A DNA stretch of 64,000 nucleotides from Octopus sinensis (Eukaryota), in assembly GCF_006345805.1 (NCBI RefSeq), contig NC_043007.1:4898001-4962000 (forward strand), given 5' to 3'. Below, piece after piece: positions 1 through 13,428 of this stretch. A model generated the notes under the pieces. That model was not told the origin of the DNA. It saw only the letters and a list, made by a program, of their open reading frames with translations, and searched no databases. A program made the position numbers and the translations under genes. Each line of letters begins with the position of its first letter. Position 1 is the first letter of the stretch.

Positions 1-862
1 CACAAACTGCCTTTTAGAACACCACATGTTACACATTCACAAACTGCCTTTTAGAACACCACATGTTACACATTCACAAACTGCCTTTTAGAACACCACA
101 TGTTACACATTCACAAACCGCCTTTTAGATCACCACATGTTACACATTCACAAACTGTCTTTTAAATCACCACATGTTACACGTTCACAAACTACCTTTT
201 AGAACACCACATGTTACACATTCATAAACTGTCTTTTAGAACACCACATGTTAAACATTCACAAACTGCCTTTTAGAACACCACATGTTACACATTCACA
301 AACTGCCTTTTAGAACACCACATGTTACACATTCACAAACCGCCTTTTAGATCACCACATGTTACACATTCACAAACTGTCTTTTAAATCACCACATGTT
401 ACACATTCACAAACTGCCTTTTAGAACACCACATGTTACACATTCACAAACTGCCTTTTAGAACACCACATGTTACACATTCACAAACTGTCTTTTAGAA
501 CACCACATGTTACACATTCACAAACTGCCTTTTAGAACACCACATGTTACACATTCACAAACTGCCTTTTAGAACACCACATGTTACACATTCACAAACT
601 GCCTTTTAGAACACCACATGTTACACATTCACAAACCGCCTTTTAGATCACCACATGTTACACATTCACAAACTGTCTTTTAAATCACCACATGTTACAC
701 ATTCACAAACTGCCTTTTAGAACACCACATGTTACACATTCACAAACTGCCTTTTAGAACACCACATGTTACACATTCACAAACTGTCTTTTAGATCACC
801 ACATGTTACACATTCACAAACTGCCTTTTAGATCACCACATGTTGCACATTCACAAACTGCT
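1..862. repeat. 37-bp tandem minisatellite (~23 copies, truncated by window start)
   Basis: Unit CACAAACTGCCTTTTAGAACACCACATGTTACACATT repeats head-to-tail with no spacers; copies differ by point substitutions. Confidence 0.97.
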
Positions 863-2060
863 TTACACAATGAACCGCCACATGAGAGTCAATATTGTTG
901 CTTGACTGATGAGAATTGAAATCACACCCCATCTTCACAAAAAAAAGACATCCATTATTTAATACTAAATCATGAATCCCTGTAATAGTTTTGTAAAGTT
1001 TCCATCTTTATTGCACCTTGTTGTTCAACCTAATTACCTGTATTTTATTGATCTGATCAATCAAATACATTTGCAAACCAAAGCAACATATCAACATCAT
1101 CATCATCATCATCATCCTCAACAACAACAGCAATACAAAGAAACTTCTATGAGCGTCATGGGCAAAGAGCAGCCCATGGCCTTTTCTGAATGGCATGCTT
1201 ACCCCCAAAATGTTACCTTGAGTTGTTTAGATGCACAGCCTGTCCAGAGATGAGCCTTGGCTCCTGCATTCTAATTCTTATAAAGGTTTGCTCGTGCCTG
1301 TTCAATGCAGTTGTTTGACCTGTCAGAAATAGAAGCCAAATCTCCTTCAGATCACATACACACCCTCTGACCATCTTAAACAAGCAAAAATCTCAGACAA
1401 TGTAGATCTTAAATATATAAAATGATGGGATTGCTGAGGCTGGAAAGGTTTCTATCATAGGTCTGCTTGATGGTAGCTGACCCAGGGTTAAACAACAACG
1501 GCAACAATATCAAGGCGAAAGAAAAGCACAAACCATTTTCATGGAAAAGAAAAAAAAAATGGCAACGGTCAAAAGAGCCAAACATAGAGAAGAAGAGCAA
1601 AAGCCAGGGATGTAACCAGTCAAAGATACTTTGGTAGCAAAATTCTTCAGAACTAACAGAATCACTGCATGAATTATTATGTGAAGATTGATAACAGAAC
1701 CAGAACTGTTGAGTCAAAGCAGATTCCTATCTTTACCAATCTCAGCAATGTTATTCTTCGTGTAATTACTCTCAGATTTTATCTTTTTTATCTCGGATAA
1801 AAAAAAAATAAGCAATTAAAATTATTGATTAGTGCTTTGGGTTCATTAAAAACAGGATAAATATGCTGATTGCTATTACTGCAAACAATGGTCTGAACTT
1901 TGTGCAATTAGCACTGTGGCGTCATCAAAGTCTGAGTCTTTGGAATCACTGTACAACATTCCTTACAATGTTGTCTGCTAATTCCTTGTTCTTGTCATTT
2001 AGGGTCCTTTTTCTGGGTTCTGCACTCACCACTTTCCTCTGCTTCTTCCATCTTGGTATA

Positions 2061-2214
2061 GGCGCAGGAGTGGCCCTGTGGTAAGTAGCTTGCTTACCAA
2101 CCATATGGTTCCGGGTTCAGTCCCACTTTGTGGCACCTTGGGCAAGTGTCTTCTACTATAGCCTTGGGCTGACCAAAGCCTTGTGAGTGGATTTGGTAGA
2201 CGGAAACTGAAAGA

Positions 2215-2252
<38 letters not shown>

Positions 2253-2492
2253 TGTGTGTGTATATGTGTGTGTTTGTGTGTCTGTGTTTGTCCCCCCAAC
2301 GTTGCTTGAAAACCGATGTTGGTGTGTTTACGTCCCCATAACTTAGTGATTCAGCAAAAGAGACCGATAGAATAAGTACTAGGCTTACAAAGAACAAGTC
2401 CTGGGGTCGATTTGCTCGACTAAAGGTGGTGCTCCAGCATGGCCGCAGTCAAATGACTGAAACAAGTAAAAGAGTAAAAAGTAAAGAGTAAG
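2061..2492 (+). mobile_element. tRNA-derived SINE (family A), full-length
   Basis: tRNA-like head with A/B-box-like blocks (TGTGGTAAG...GGTTCAGTCCC), internal (TG)n, 3' end GGTGCTCCAGCATGGCCGCAGTCAAATGACTGAAACAAGTAAAAGAG. Multiple copies in the window. Confidence 0.85.
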
Positions 2493-2639
2493 TTCACTGG
2501 GATTTCCACCCTTCTGGTGATTTCCCTGCGTCTGCCTTCAAGCAATTGCTGTTCAAGCAAAGCAGCAACTGTATCAACCCTTTCGGCCTTGAAGGGTCTC
2601 TGGAGAGTCTTCCTCTAAATCAAACCCTTTAACCCAAAA

Positions 2640-2955
2640 GATACCAATTCCTCAGAGACTCTTTCCTCCCCTCCTTTCATTTATAACACAAAAATTCCTG
2701 GTTCCATGTGTCTTTTGGATTTCCTTGAGACATGGTTTTCCAGGGATATTGTCTAGGTGTTTCTGACATCCCTTTTTTATCATACCTAGGGCACCTACAA
2801 TAACAGGAACAGTTTTTGTTTTAAGATTCCACATCCTCTGTATTTCGATTTCCAGGTCCTTATATTTACTAAGTTTGTCAAATTCCTTGACAGATACATT
2901 TTTACATTTATATCAGTGGGGACGCTTACTTCTATTAGTCTGCAGGTATTTTCTT
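2640..2955 (-). mobile_element. R4/Dong-like (restriction-like endonuclease) LINE, 3' fragment
   Basis: Minus strand reads ...KYKDLEIEIQRMWNLKTKTVPVIVGALGMIKK..., typical of the C-terminal RLE domain; bordered by (TAA)n. Confidence 0.75.
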
Positions 2956-3339
2956 ATTATCATTATTATTAATATTATTATTATTATTATTATTAATATT
3001 ATTATTATTATTATTATTTTTTTTTTTTTTTTATCAACCCAGAGGTATAAAAGCCCCAAATCAGTCTTGATGGAATTTGAATCCAGAATGTAAGGGTCCC
3101 TCTCTCACTACTACCAAGCACCTTGCCTGGTTTAACCAATTCTGCTAAATCCTTCGTTGTGACTTTATGTTTCAGACATAATGTATCCCTCTTTTTAAGA
3201 TGGTTGGGTGTTATTTGAGGAAGACTTAGCTGATATTTCTAGCAGCCTGATTGATTGTACAGTATCTCCTTCATTGAGGATTTCTGTGAGAGAATGTTCT
3301 GATTATTGCTTTACTCCTCCACTCTCCACTTCCATACCA

Positions 3340-3612
3340 TCACCACCACCACCACCTGCACCACCACCACCACCACCACCACCACCACTTTTATTGCTCA
3401 CCCCCACCCCTGACTCTATAACATTCAGTACCATCATATACATCACCACTACCAATACTACTACTACTGCTACCACCACCACCACCATCACCACCACCAC
3501 CACTACTACTACTACCTACAGTCTTTCATCCACTATCATCATCAGCACCATTGCCACTCCCATTCTCTTTATCATTGTCATCATCATCATCAACACCACA
3601 ACCACCAACACC

Positions 3613-3646
<34 letters not shown>

Positions 3647-3708
3647 ACACCACAACCACCAACACCACCACCACCACCATCATCATCATCAACACCACAA
3701 CCACCAAC

Positions 3709-3742
<34 letters not shown>

Positions 3743-3762
3743 TCAACACCACAACCACCAAC

Positions 3763-3796
<34 letters not shown>

Positions 3797-3864
3797 TCAA
3801 CACCACAACCACCAACACCACCACCACCACCACCATCATCATCATCAACACCACAACCACCAAC

Positions 3865-3898
<34 letters not shown>

Positions 3899-4018
3899 TC
3901 AACACCACACCACCACCACCAACACCACCACCACCACCACCATCATCATCATCAAACCACAACCACCAACACCACCACCACCACCACCATCATCATCATC
4001 AACACCACAACCACCAAC

Positions 4019-4052
<34 letters not shown>

Positions 4053-4120
4053 TCAACACCACAACCACCAACACCACCACCACCACCACCATCATCATCA
4101 TCAACACCACAACCACCAAC

Positions 4121-4151
<31 letters not shown>

Positions 4152-4168
4152 ACACCACAACCACCAAC

Positions 4169-4202
<34 letters not shown>

Positions 4203-4248
4203 TCAACACCACAACCACCAACACCACCACCACCACCATCATCATCAC

Positions 4249-4302
<54 letters not shown>

Positions 4303-4335
4303 TGTCATCATCATTGTCATCATCATCATCATCAG
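3340..4335. repeat. Compound CAC/CAT/CAA microsatellite with ~45-54 bp higher-order unit
   Basis: Motif CAACACCACAACCACCAACACC recurs about 12 times, separated by variable (CAC)n(CAT)n. Confidence 0.93.
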
Positions 4336-5397
4336 CATCGTTAGAACCACTAACATTCTGCCTGGATACAGCAGTATCTATGCCTTTGGCACACTTCCGT
4401 CTTAAATTTTCCCATTTTATTGTCTTAAATTTCATAATCATAATTTTACTTCATCTATTTTTTTTTTTTTGGTTTTTATTTCTTCTTACTTTTTTTTTAG
4501 TTATTTATATTTTTGTTCTATTTGTCACTTTCTGTTTTTCTTGCTTCTTCTGCTTTTGCTGTTGTTGTTGTTGTTGTTACCGTTTCTTTTACCCGGTGCC
4601 AATGCGGTTCTGATTGTTGCATCATTTATGTCCATAAACAGGTTTGAAAACTTACACTTACCCACGTGCAAAAGAAACAAAAACAGCAACAAAACAGACA
4701 GAAAAAAAGAACAAAGGAAAGCAGAAACCATTCTTAACTGCTTCTACCCTTTTGCAATATTTTCCAAAGACGTCCACGGAAGCAATATTACTGCCATCAC
4801 TTAACCGAAAACTATTAATTCTAAACAAAAATACCTAAAACAACAAAATTTTATTACGTCTTATTTTTTGCTTTATTTATATTTGTATTTTGGGGGTTTA
4901 TTTTGTGTTTTCAAAAATTTCCTTTCCGGGACTTTTCGGTGGAAGGGGTGGGTTGGGAGGGTTTTTCGAAATAAAGTAAAATAAAATGAAAAAATAATAA
5001 AAAGAACAAAAGATAACCAACAAAATAATAAAAAAAAACAAGAACTGAATTATTGTTGTTGAGTTTGTTTGTTTTTTTTTTGTTTTTTGGGGGGGTTTTT
5101 TTCCAATGTATTCTTTTTAAATTACAAATTCTTTTCTAATCTGTTTGACAACGAAATGCTTCAGGTATTATGCGAAGATGTCTGCAAAACTGATAAAATA
5201 GTGTTCAGTCAGTTGATTATCGTTCACTGAAATAATCCTAGATATGAGGAAACTTTTCTTCTTCTTCTTTCATATTCTTTCACTCATTCTTCCTTCTTTT
5301 GATTGTTTGTCTTTCTTTTTCATTGCTTTATATTTTTCTCCTTTTATTTCCTCTTTTAACTTGTTATTTTGTTTATATTGTATACATTAGATGATAT

Positions 5398-5750
5398 ACG
5401 TGTGTGTGTGTGTGTGTATGTGTGTGTATGTGTGTGTATATATGTGTATGTGTGTATGTGTGTATGTGTGTGTGTATGTGTGTGTATGTGTATGTGTGTG
5501 TGTGTGTATGTATGTATATATATGTGTATGTGTGTATGTGTATATGTGTGTGTGTGTGCATGTATATATTTTGTGCATATACATATATACACATTGATTT
5601 ACATATACATGCATACATACACATATTCATACAGATACACATGCATATGTACATATATGTGTGTATATGTGTGTATATAAATATGCATACATACATATAA
5701 AACACACGCACACGCACACGCACACGCACACACACACACACACACACACA
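5398..5750. repeat. Compound (TG)/(TA)/(CA) microsatellite
   Basis: Direct reading of dinucleotide tracts. Confidence 0.9.
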
Positions 5751-6357
5751 CTGGTATATACTGGTATTTTGTTATTTGTCAGAAGGAAAATGTCTACCAC
5801 ATTAAGAAACCTGCTGTGAAAATAAAGTTATAAGACAAAAAATTTTTTTCAAATGTTAAAAAAATATTTTTAAAATATAATTAAATAAATATATTCAAAA
5901 GGCTTTTTAGAATAATTAAGTAATTTTGATTTTCTCTTTGTTTTTGTTGGTTTTATTTTTTTTTATTTCAGTTCTTTGGTTTTTTTTTAGAGTTTTTCTG
6001 CTGAAGAAATCTTATATTTAATTACGAGTTCTTTCTTAATAACAAAAGGTCCAACAATCGCATGCTTGTTATTGTCCTGTCTTTAAAGAAAATACCAAAA
6101 CCATTTGAATTATTGGTTTGGAAGAACCAATTCTTTATTCTTGTATTCAGTTTACTCTGTTATACCGCTAGACTGTGTCCATGCTGGAGCACTGCCTTGA
6201 GATTCAGTCTGTCATGTCATCTTACTCATTTGATATTTTGAGTATTTATTTATAAATTCCACTTGTTTTTTGATCAGGCTTTGGTATTTTTTCCAGGGTT
6301 GCAGTTTGCTAAACTCTAAGTTATAGGGACATACATAAATCAACTGATTGCCAGTCA

Positions 6358-6690
6358 AAAATACACACACACACATACGCACACACACTCACATACGCAC
6401 ATACACACATACTCACACACACACACACACACACATTCGCACACATACTCACACACACATCGCACACATACTCACACACACACACATTCGCACACATACT
6501 CACACACTCGCACACACTCACACACACATTCGCACACATGCTCACACACTCGCACGCACACACACACTCGCATGCACACACACACACTCGCACGCATACA
6601 CACACATATTTGCGCGCACACACACATACACACACACTCGCACGCATACACACACACATTCGTGTGCACACACACACACACACATATGTG
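6358..6690. repeat. Degenerate (CA)n microsatellite
   Basis: CACACACATTCG / CACACACTCG variants. Confidence 0.9.
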
Positions 6691-7050
6691 TAGCTGTGTG
6701 GTAAGAAGCTAGCTTCCCAACCACATGGTTCTAGGTTCAATCTCAGTGTGTGGCACCTTGGGTGAAAGCTTTGTAAATAGAAGTGCGAGACAGAAACTGA
6801 ATGAAGCCTATTGTGTGTGTGTGCATGTGGGTATGCATGTGTCCATCCCCTCCACATTGCTTAACAGCTGGTGTTGGTTTGTTTATGTTCTATCTTTGCA
6901 GCTTCAGCAAAAGAGACTGGCAGAAGAGAGCACCAATCTTTAAAAAAATATTTACTGAGGTTGATATGTTTGACTAAACCCTTTAAGGCAGTGCTCCAGC
7001 ATGGCCACAGTCCAATGACTGGAACAAGCAAGAATTAAGAGATAAAGATG
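6688..7050 (+). mobile_element. SINE family A, diverged copy
   Basis: Aligns by eye to 2061-2492 (head GCTGTGTGGTAAGAAGC, tail GTGCTCCAGCATGGCCACAGTC). Confidence 0.75.
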
Positions 7051-7729
7051 AATCAGTGCCGCAGTTATATGGATTCAGCTAACCCATGCTCATATAAAAA
7101 AATGGACATAAAGCACAGAACAAAAACAACTTAAAATGAATACAACAGGCTTCAACACAGTTTCTGTTTGCCAAGTTCACTCACAAGATATTTGTTGACC
7201 CAGGGTTATAACAGAAGGTGCTGTGACATGGGATTGAACCTGAAGCCACAGGATTGTGAAGCAAACTTCTTAAGCATACAGCCATCCAATAAAGAATTTA
7301 AATTTCCTTTGCAATGAACACGTGGCTAAATTTGGTAGGAACCATTATTGAAGAGTCAAAAGAATTGGTGTCCAAAAGGCTTTGAATTTTGAACATAGGG
7401 ATAAGTGGGGGGGAATAGAGAATGAGAGAGAGAGAGAGAGAGAGAGTTTGTGTGTGTTAAAAAGAGAAAGAAAGAGAGAGAGTGAGAGACCAAAACCTTA
7501 TAAATAGTCTCTACTGCACCACTTCTATGAATTCTTCTGTCCCTTTGTGAATGAAAAGGGGTCGACAGAAACAGGACAGAACCCTGTTGTCATCATAGTT
7601 AGCAACAGCTTTAAGTCAGCCCTATTTTTCTTTTAAGGGTCTCCCCCCCCCTGCCCCTGATTCTTGTATGGATTGGATGAATCCGTTCCATCATGTCCCA
7701 CCCCTTGCTGCAGCACCCCCCCACCTCGT

Positions 7730-7905
7730 ATCATCTCCCTTGTGAGCTTTTAGCATCTTTGCTCACCTCTTTCTAGGTTTTCTTTAGTTTTCCTCTTCCA
7801 GTCATCTACCGTTTCTCTCCTTCATTCAACCTTCCACCCTTCGTACACATCCAATGTCCACTTCAGCATCATCTCCTCTCTTATACACTCACTACTGCAA
7901 ATAAC
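7730..7905 (-). mobile_element. Degraded RTE-type LINE 3' fragment
   Basis: Minus strand resembles the RTE C-terminal ...VEG...RGRPRKTW region, with stops. Confidence 0.4.
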
Positions 7906-8041
7906 CAATCCCATGCCACACATACACACACACACACACACACACAGTGTATCCTGCCAATAAAGTCCCATATAATTTCTACATTTTCAGCTTCCAGTTT
8001 ACTATAAAAGACAGCCAGCTGATAACCTTATGACACCTAGG

Positions 8042-8120
<79 letters not shown>

Positions 8121-9426
8121 ATTAGTCTGTTGCACCAATAAACTCCCATCCTGTTTATAAACCACAATGTTCTGTTAATTAAGTATGACAAAAATATTTA
8201 ATAAAACCGCATTCAACTATGTTCGTGTTTGCCATATTAAATCGTTGAAGTACATTCATCGTCTCAGAACTTACTCTCTGCTATTGAGACCATTCCTCTT
8301 GGACATTTCTGTGTGGGAAGCTCTACGTGGACATTGAGACAGCTAGAAATAACAGCAAAGTCTCTCAAAGATCTCATTCTACCAGCTTTGTGAAAAAGGG
8401 AACAAGAATGCTTTGGATAAAGTAATATGGGGTAAATTATGTATCGAAAGGTGAGATGGTCGTGGTTAGAATGTGTTTGATCCTTTAATCATGGATATGA
8501 TTAATCAAAGATAACCTGGGGTTAAATAGCTTTTCTATTATAGACATGAGGCCTGCAATTTTGGAGGAGGGGCGGGTGTCAGTTACATCAGTCCCAGTGT
8601 ATAACTGGTACTTATTTCATCGACCCCCAAAAGAATGAAAGGCAACACCAACCTTGGTTGAATTTGAACTCAGAACATGAAGATGATAAAGCATTCTAAT
8701 GATTCTGCCAGCTTGTTGCCATTTTAATGGTTTCAAATTTTGGCAGAATGTCACCAATTTTAGGAGAGTGGGAGTTGATTATATCAACCCCAGTGCATGA
8801 CTGGTACACATTTTTTCGACCTTGAAAGGATAAAGGGCAAAGTTGATGCTGGTGGAATTTGAACTCAGACCATCAAGGCAGAGAAAATGCTTGTAATCAT
8901 TTTGTGCAGTCTGCTAACGACTCTGCCGGCTTTTGCTGCCGTTTGCAGAGGTCAGATATCAACATCAACAACAACACATACACACACTCACACAGACAAA
9001 CATATACACACTCACACACACATACACATGAACATACGAACACATATACAAACACACACACACACATGCATGCATGCACTCACACACACAGAACACAAGC
9101 AAACACACACATGCATGCACACACATGCACACACAACACACACACACACACACACACACACATGCACTTACACACACATGCACTCACACACACACACAGA
9201 GTCTATGACTTCCCTGCTAGAAATTACCATTCTTTTGTCTAAATCAGAAACACTTATAAAGTTGGAGTCTGGAACATTACCAAAGGTTCTTAAATATTAC
9301 GATGGGAGGTTTTAATTAAAATATGATTAAATTAAAACATTAAAACAAATTTTATCAAATAAATAAAAAGAGTAATTAGAGAATCAAATGGAATGCTTTG
9401 CACTGTTTGTTTTGGCTCTGTGCACA

Positions 9427-9850
9427 TCATCATCATCATCATCATCGTTTAACGTCCGCTTTCCATGCTAGCATGGGTTGGACGGTTCGACCAGGGTCTG
9501 GGAAGCCATGGAGGCTGCACCAGGATCTAGTCTGATCTGGCAGAGTTTCTACAGCTAGATGCCCTTCCTAACGCCAACCACTACGAGAGTGTAGTGGGTG
9601 CTTTTTATGTGCCACCGGCACAGGTGTGAGACAAGGCTGGCAATGGCCACGATCAGATGGTGCTTTTTACGTACCACCAGCACGGAGGCCAGTCGAGGTG
9701 GCGCTGGCAACGGCCACATTCGGATGGTTGTTTTTCCGTGCCACCGGCACTGGTATCACAACTACAATTTCCATTGATGTTTTGATTGATTTTGATTTTG
9801 ATTTCACTTGCCTCAACAGGTCTTCACAAGCAGAGTTCAAATTCGCCTGG
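9427..9850 (-). mobile_element. Short retroposon with RTE-type 3' tail (family D)
   Basis: On the minus strand it ends in CCGTCCAACCCATGCTAGCATGGAAAGCGGACGTTAAACGATGATGATG; internal tandem TTTTACGTGCCACCGGCAC modules; several copies in the window. Confidence 0.75.
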
Positions 9851-9910
9851 TCGTCCTTCCATGATTGATAAAAAAAGGCACCAAACAAGAATGGTGGTGT
9901 GACTGATCTG

Positions 9911-10365
9911 CAGGGTGTACAAGACTAATTCTGGTAGATTGCATCAAAGGAAAAGAAAATTCAATATCCCATCCAAAATTTAAAGCATTTAAAACAAAAA
10001 AAAAAGTCCGTTTGGTTATGGCTGAGAGATAACGGCTTAATCAGAGGAGTAGCCATCCTCAGTGTCCAGCAAGATGGCTCTGGAACTTGGTGCAAGCATT
10101 CTTCATTGTATCCTTGGGAAGATCTTTGAACACCTCTTTGATCTTGGCTGTTGGCACTGCCTTGGTGTTGCACACAGAACAGTTGGTGTCTTTCTCAGCT
10201 GCACCCTACACATAATAATCCATGGGATTACAGGTGAAGTTAATTAGGAGACCAGAAATTGAGGCTGATTAAGTTGTAGAAATTCTCTGACAACCACTTC
10301 TGACTCTTTCCTGAAGTGTGGCAAAGAATCCTGCTGCCACACTTATGGCATTCCAGCAGCAACCC
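9911..10365 (-). mobile_element. Tc1/mariner (maT/DD37D-like) transposase 3' fragment with terminal repeat end
   Basis: Minus strand reads approximately VWQQDS..HTSGKSQKWLSENFYN..S.NFWSPN..D.NPMDY.V.GAAEKDTNC..CNTK (degraded); ends in ...ACACCCTG, a CAGGGTG-type terminus. Confidence 0.7.
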
Positions 10366-11249
10366 TCTCTATTTCTTTGTTGCCCACAAGGAGCTAAACA
10401 TAGAGGAGATAAACAAGGACAGACAAAGGGATTAAGTCGATTACATCGACCGCAGTGCATAACTGGTACATTTTTTCATATTTGTTTTCTACATGTTGTT
10501 TTACACCTATTACACTATTTTTTTTTGTTTTTGCTCGAGTCAAACACTAGAGTTTAACGGTCAAGGTCTGACGATGTGAATTTTCCGAGTCCTCTCCCCC
10601 ACCCCACGTTCACGAGCATGCATTTTTTTTCGTATTCGTTTAAAGCAAGTTGTTTTACACCTATTACACTATTTTTTCTTTTTTATTTTTGCTCAGGTGA
10701 AACTCTTTAGTTTGACCAGCATTTTGACTCGTGATATGGGTAACCCTTTCCCAGTTCTCAGACAGCTTCCAATTTTCCATGTCAACTAACTCTTTCTCAA
10801 CTACAACTTTAATCTTTATGCTCTCCAACGCCATTGACTCTTCAAGCTATTCCTGAAAAAAGGAAACATAAAAATCGTCCAGCTTAGCCCAAACACTCTG
10901 TATAAGGACATCGGACCTTGCAATATTTGTTCCAACTCTTTGTGTTTTTGGAGTTCAAATCACAAGCTGGCCCACGAGGGTGATAGACTTAATCCATTTT
11001 AGACTTAAACCAGTTTGAAACCATCACTACATGGATCCTTGGATGCCTTTAGCAGAATCCATTCCGTTGGAAGAATTCAGGCTTAGTCTCTAGTCTGAGA
11101 ATACCTTCCCTTCTCCATCTCTCTCTCCCTCTCTCCCACCTCCTTTCCGCCAGTCTTGGAGACCCTGTAAAGGGTCAGAGACACTGCCTTTGCCCCTGAC
11201 TAAAAGATGAGATAAATACAGCAATTGGGTTGTCTGTCTCCGGAATATT

Positions 11250-11492
11250 GATATATATTTCTTTACTACCCACAAGGGGCTAATCACAGAGGGGACAAAC
11301 AAGGACAGACAAGCGGATTAAGTCGATTATATCGACCCCAGTGCGTAAATGGTACTTATTTAATCGACCCCGAAAGGATGAAAGGCAAAGTCGACCTTGG
11401 CAGAATTTGAACTTAGAACGTAACAGCAGACGAAATACCGCTAAGCATTTCGCCTGGCATGCTAACAATTCTGCCAGCTCGCCACCTTATCA
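11250..11492 (-). mobile_element. SINE family B (GTCGAC/Meta-like core)
   Basis: Reverse complement of GGCGAGCTGGCAGAA...AGGTCGACTTTGCCTTTCATCCTTTCGGGGTCGA...AAGTACCA...GTAAAGAAATA; same element as the 17.1-18.6 kb array unit. Confidence 0.8.
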
Positions 11493-12188
11493 GGCATATT
11501 GGTATCAAAAAGGTGGAGTAAACTCTTCTGTTTATCCTCATCACAGTTCTACAATGGAATATAAAAATGACTTTGGGAGAGTCTATTCAGAGACAGAGGG
11601 GGAAAAGAAGAAAAAATATCAAAAGTGTAAAATAAAATAAAATAAAAAAAGCAAAAAAAAAAACTGATTAACCAACTTTCCAATGATAAAGAAACCCCAT
11701 TCAGAAGAATTAAGTTAATACACTTCATTGATGGAATCCAGCCAAATGAGCCGACTTCAGTGTCCATTGATTTATTTACTTATTATCATCGTCGTCATCG
11801 TCGTCATCCACCTCCTCCTCCTCATCATCATCATCATCATCATCATCTTCATCATCATCGTCGTCGTCGTTGTCCTCATCATCGTCATCATCATCATCAT
11901 TATTGCTATTTCTGCCATTATCATTCTTATCATTTCTCATGTTATTGTTATTATTGTTGTTGTTGTTATGATTATTATTTATGTCAGTGTTGTCAGAGCT
12001 TTGGAATAAAATGCATTGCAGTATTTTCTCTGAATCGTCACATTCCAAGTTCAAATCCTGCCAAGGTCGTCTCTGCCTTTCATCATCTTGAGGGTCATTA
12101 AATTAAGTACCAGTTGAGCACTGGGATCAGTGTAATCAACTTATCCCCTCCCCCAAAATTGCTGGCCTTGTGCAAAAATTTGAAATCA

Positions 12189-12234
<46 letters not shown>

Positions 12235-12761
12235 TGAGTGAGAGAGCTGTATACACCATCGAAGCCCAATGTACCCATCAATGTACCCGTCTGATAAGGG
12301 CACACCAGGCACAGACATCACAACCAAGTGTGCGTAACATGGTAAGCTCATATTAAGATAAATATTGCATGGCCTTGCAGGTGGGGCCCAATTAGAATTT
12401 TCTTCTGGTTGAGTAACCCACCCTGCTCAAAAGGTCCCTGAATAAGGGTTATTTAAAGATGTTGAACAAAACACCCATGTTTCCAGAGGTGAATTATCCA
12501 AACCCCAAAGAATCCTCTCAACACACGGCTATGATGCTCCCCCACTACTTCTGCTTGTGGTCAGAGATGCACATATGGTCAGCCACTAAGGGACATGCTC
12601 AACTGGTTAAGGTCAAACAACTGACAAGCAAATCTGTGGTATTGAGTAGCATATTTGCTGTGGCCCATCTTTTATACCATGACAAAACAATGTACATGAT
12701 AACACTTCCAATCAGTTAAGATCAGAAGCCATGAGAGCCACTGCCTGGTACTGCATCAGGG

Positions 12762-12768
<7 letters not shown>
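12235..12768 (+). repeat. Unclassified interspersed-repeat-like segment ending in (ATT)n
   Basis: Complex non-coding block bounded by (ATT)n tracts on both sides; family not identified. Confidence 0.35.
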
Positions 12769-12813
<45 letters not shown>

Positions 12814-12934
12814 CATTATTATTATTATTATCATTATTATTATTATTATTACTATTATTATTATTATATTATTACTACTATTATTATTATTATTATCATT
12901 ATTATTATTATTACTACTATTATTATTATTATTA

Positions 12935-12975
<41 letters not shown>

Positions 12976-13082
12976 TACTACTACTATTATTATTATTATC
13001 ATTATTATTATTATTATTACTACTATTATTATTATTATTATCATTATTATTATCATTATTATTATTATTATTATTATTATTA
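12768..13082. repeat. ~310 bp (ATT/TAA)n microsatellite, tail of adjacent LINE
   Basis: Direct reading; abuts the 3' UTR of the Dong-like fragment. Confidence 0.95.
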
Positions 13083-13428
13083 CCTTTGCACAGCTTCTAA
13101 TGCTGAAGATGTACTACAGTGTCAGCTGCTCACTACCAGTGAACTAAGGTAACACCTCTTATTTTTCGAGCACCTTTCGGAGTATTCGAGCCATTCCAAG
13201 CAGTGCTGTTTTCTGCAAATGCTCCACCCTTATTGCAGCCCCTATTTGTTCCATGTACTTCTTGAGATTTTTGCTCACTGTTTCCAGGGCTCCGACAATT
13301 ATTGGTACTACTGCTACCTTTTTTCATCGACAACAACTGCATAACTTCCCAAGCTAACCTGTTATACCTATCGACTTTTCTTCCTTCCTTATCGCATACC
13401 TTGTTGTCAGCTGGGCATGCTATATCTA
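13083..13428 (-). mobile_element. R4/Dong-like LINE 3' end (RLE domain plus 3' UTR)
   Basis: DIACPADNKVCDKEGRKVDRYNRLAWEV..., then after a frameshift VVPIIVGALGTVSKNLKKYMEQIG...LQKTALLGMARILRKVLEK*; (TAA)n on both sides. Confidence 0.8.

Noticed and set aside
1-862. CRISPR array (37-bp repeats)
   Set aside because: Repeats are contiguous with no unique spacers, there are no cas genes, and the context is eukaryotic.
1409-1717. Hydrophobic ORF with an NPIILY end, reminiscent of a GPCR TM7
   Set aside because: The motif does not fit NPxxY spacing, neighbouring frames have stops, and no splice structure or further helices were found.
3208-4441. Long poly-His/Thr/Pro/Asp ORFs
   Set aside because: Open frames are a by-product of stop-free trinucleotide repeats on both strands.
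4340-4830. Exon-like islands on the minus strand (e.g. INSFRLSDGSNIASVDVFGKYCKR)
   Set aside because: No recognisable homology and no consistent acceptor/donor/phase chain; would need RNA-seq.
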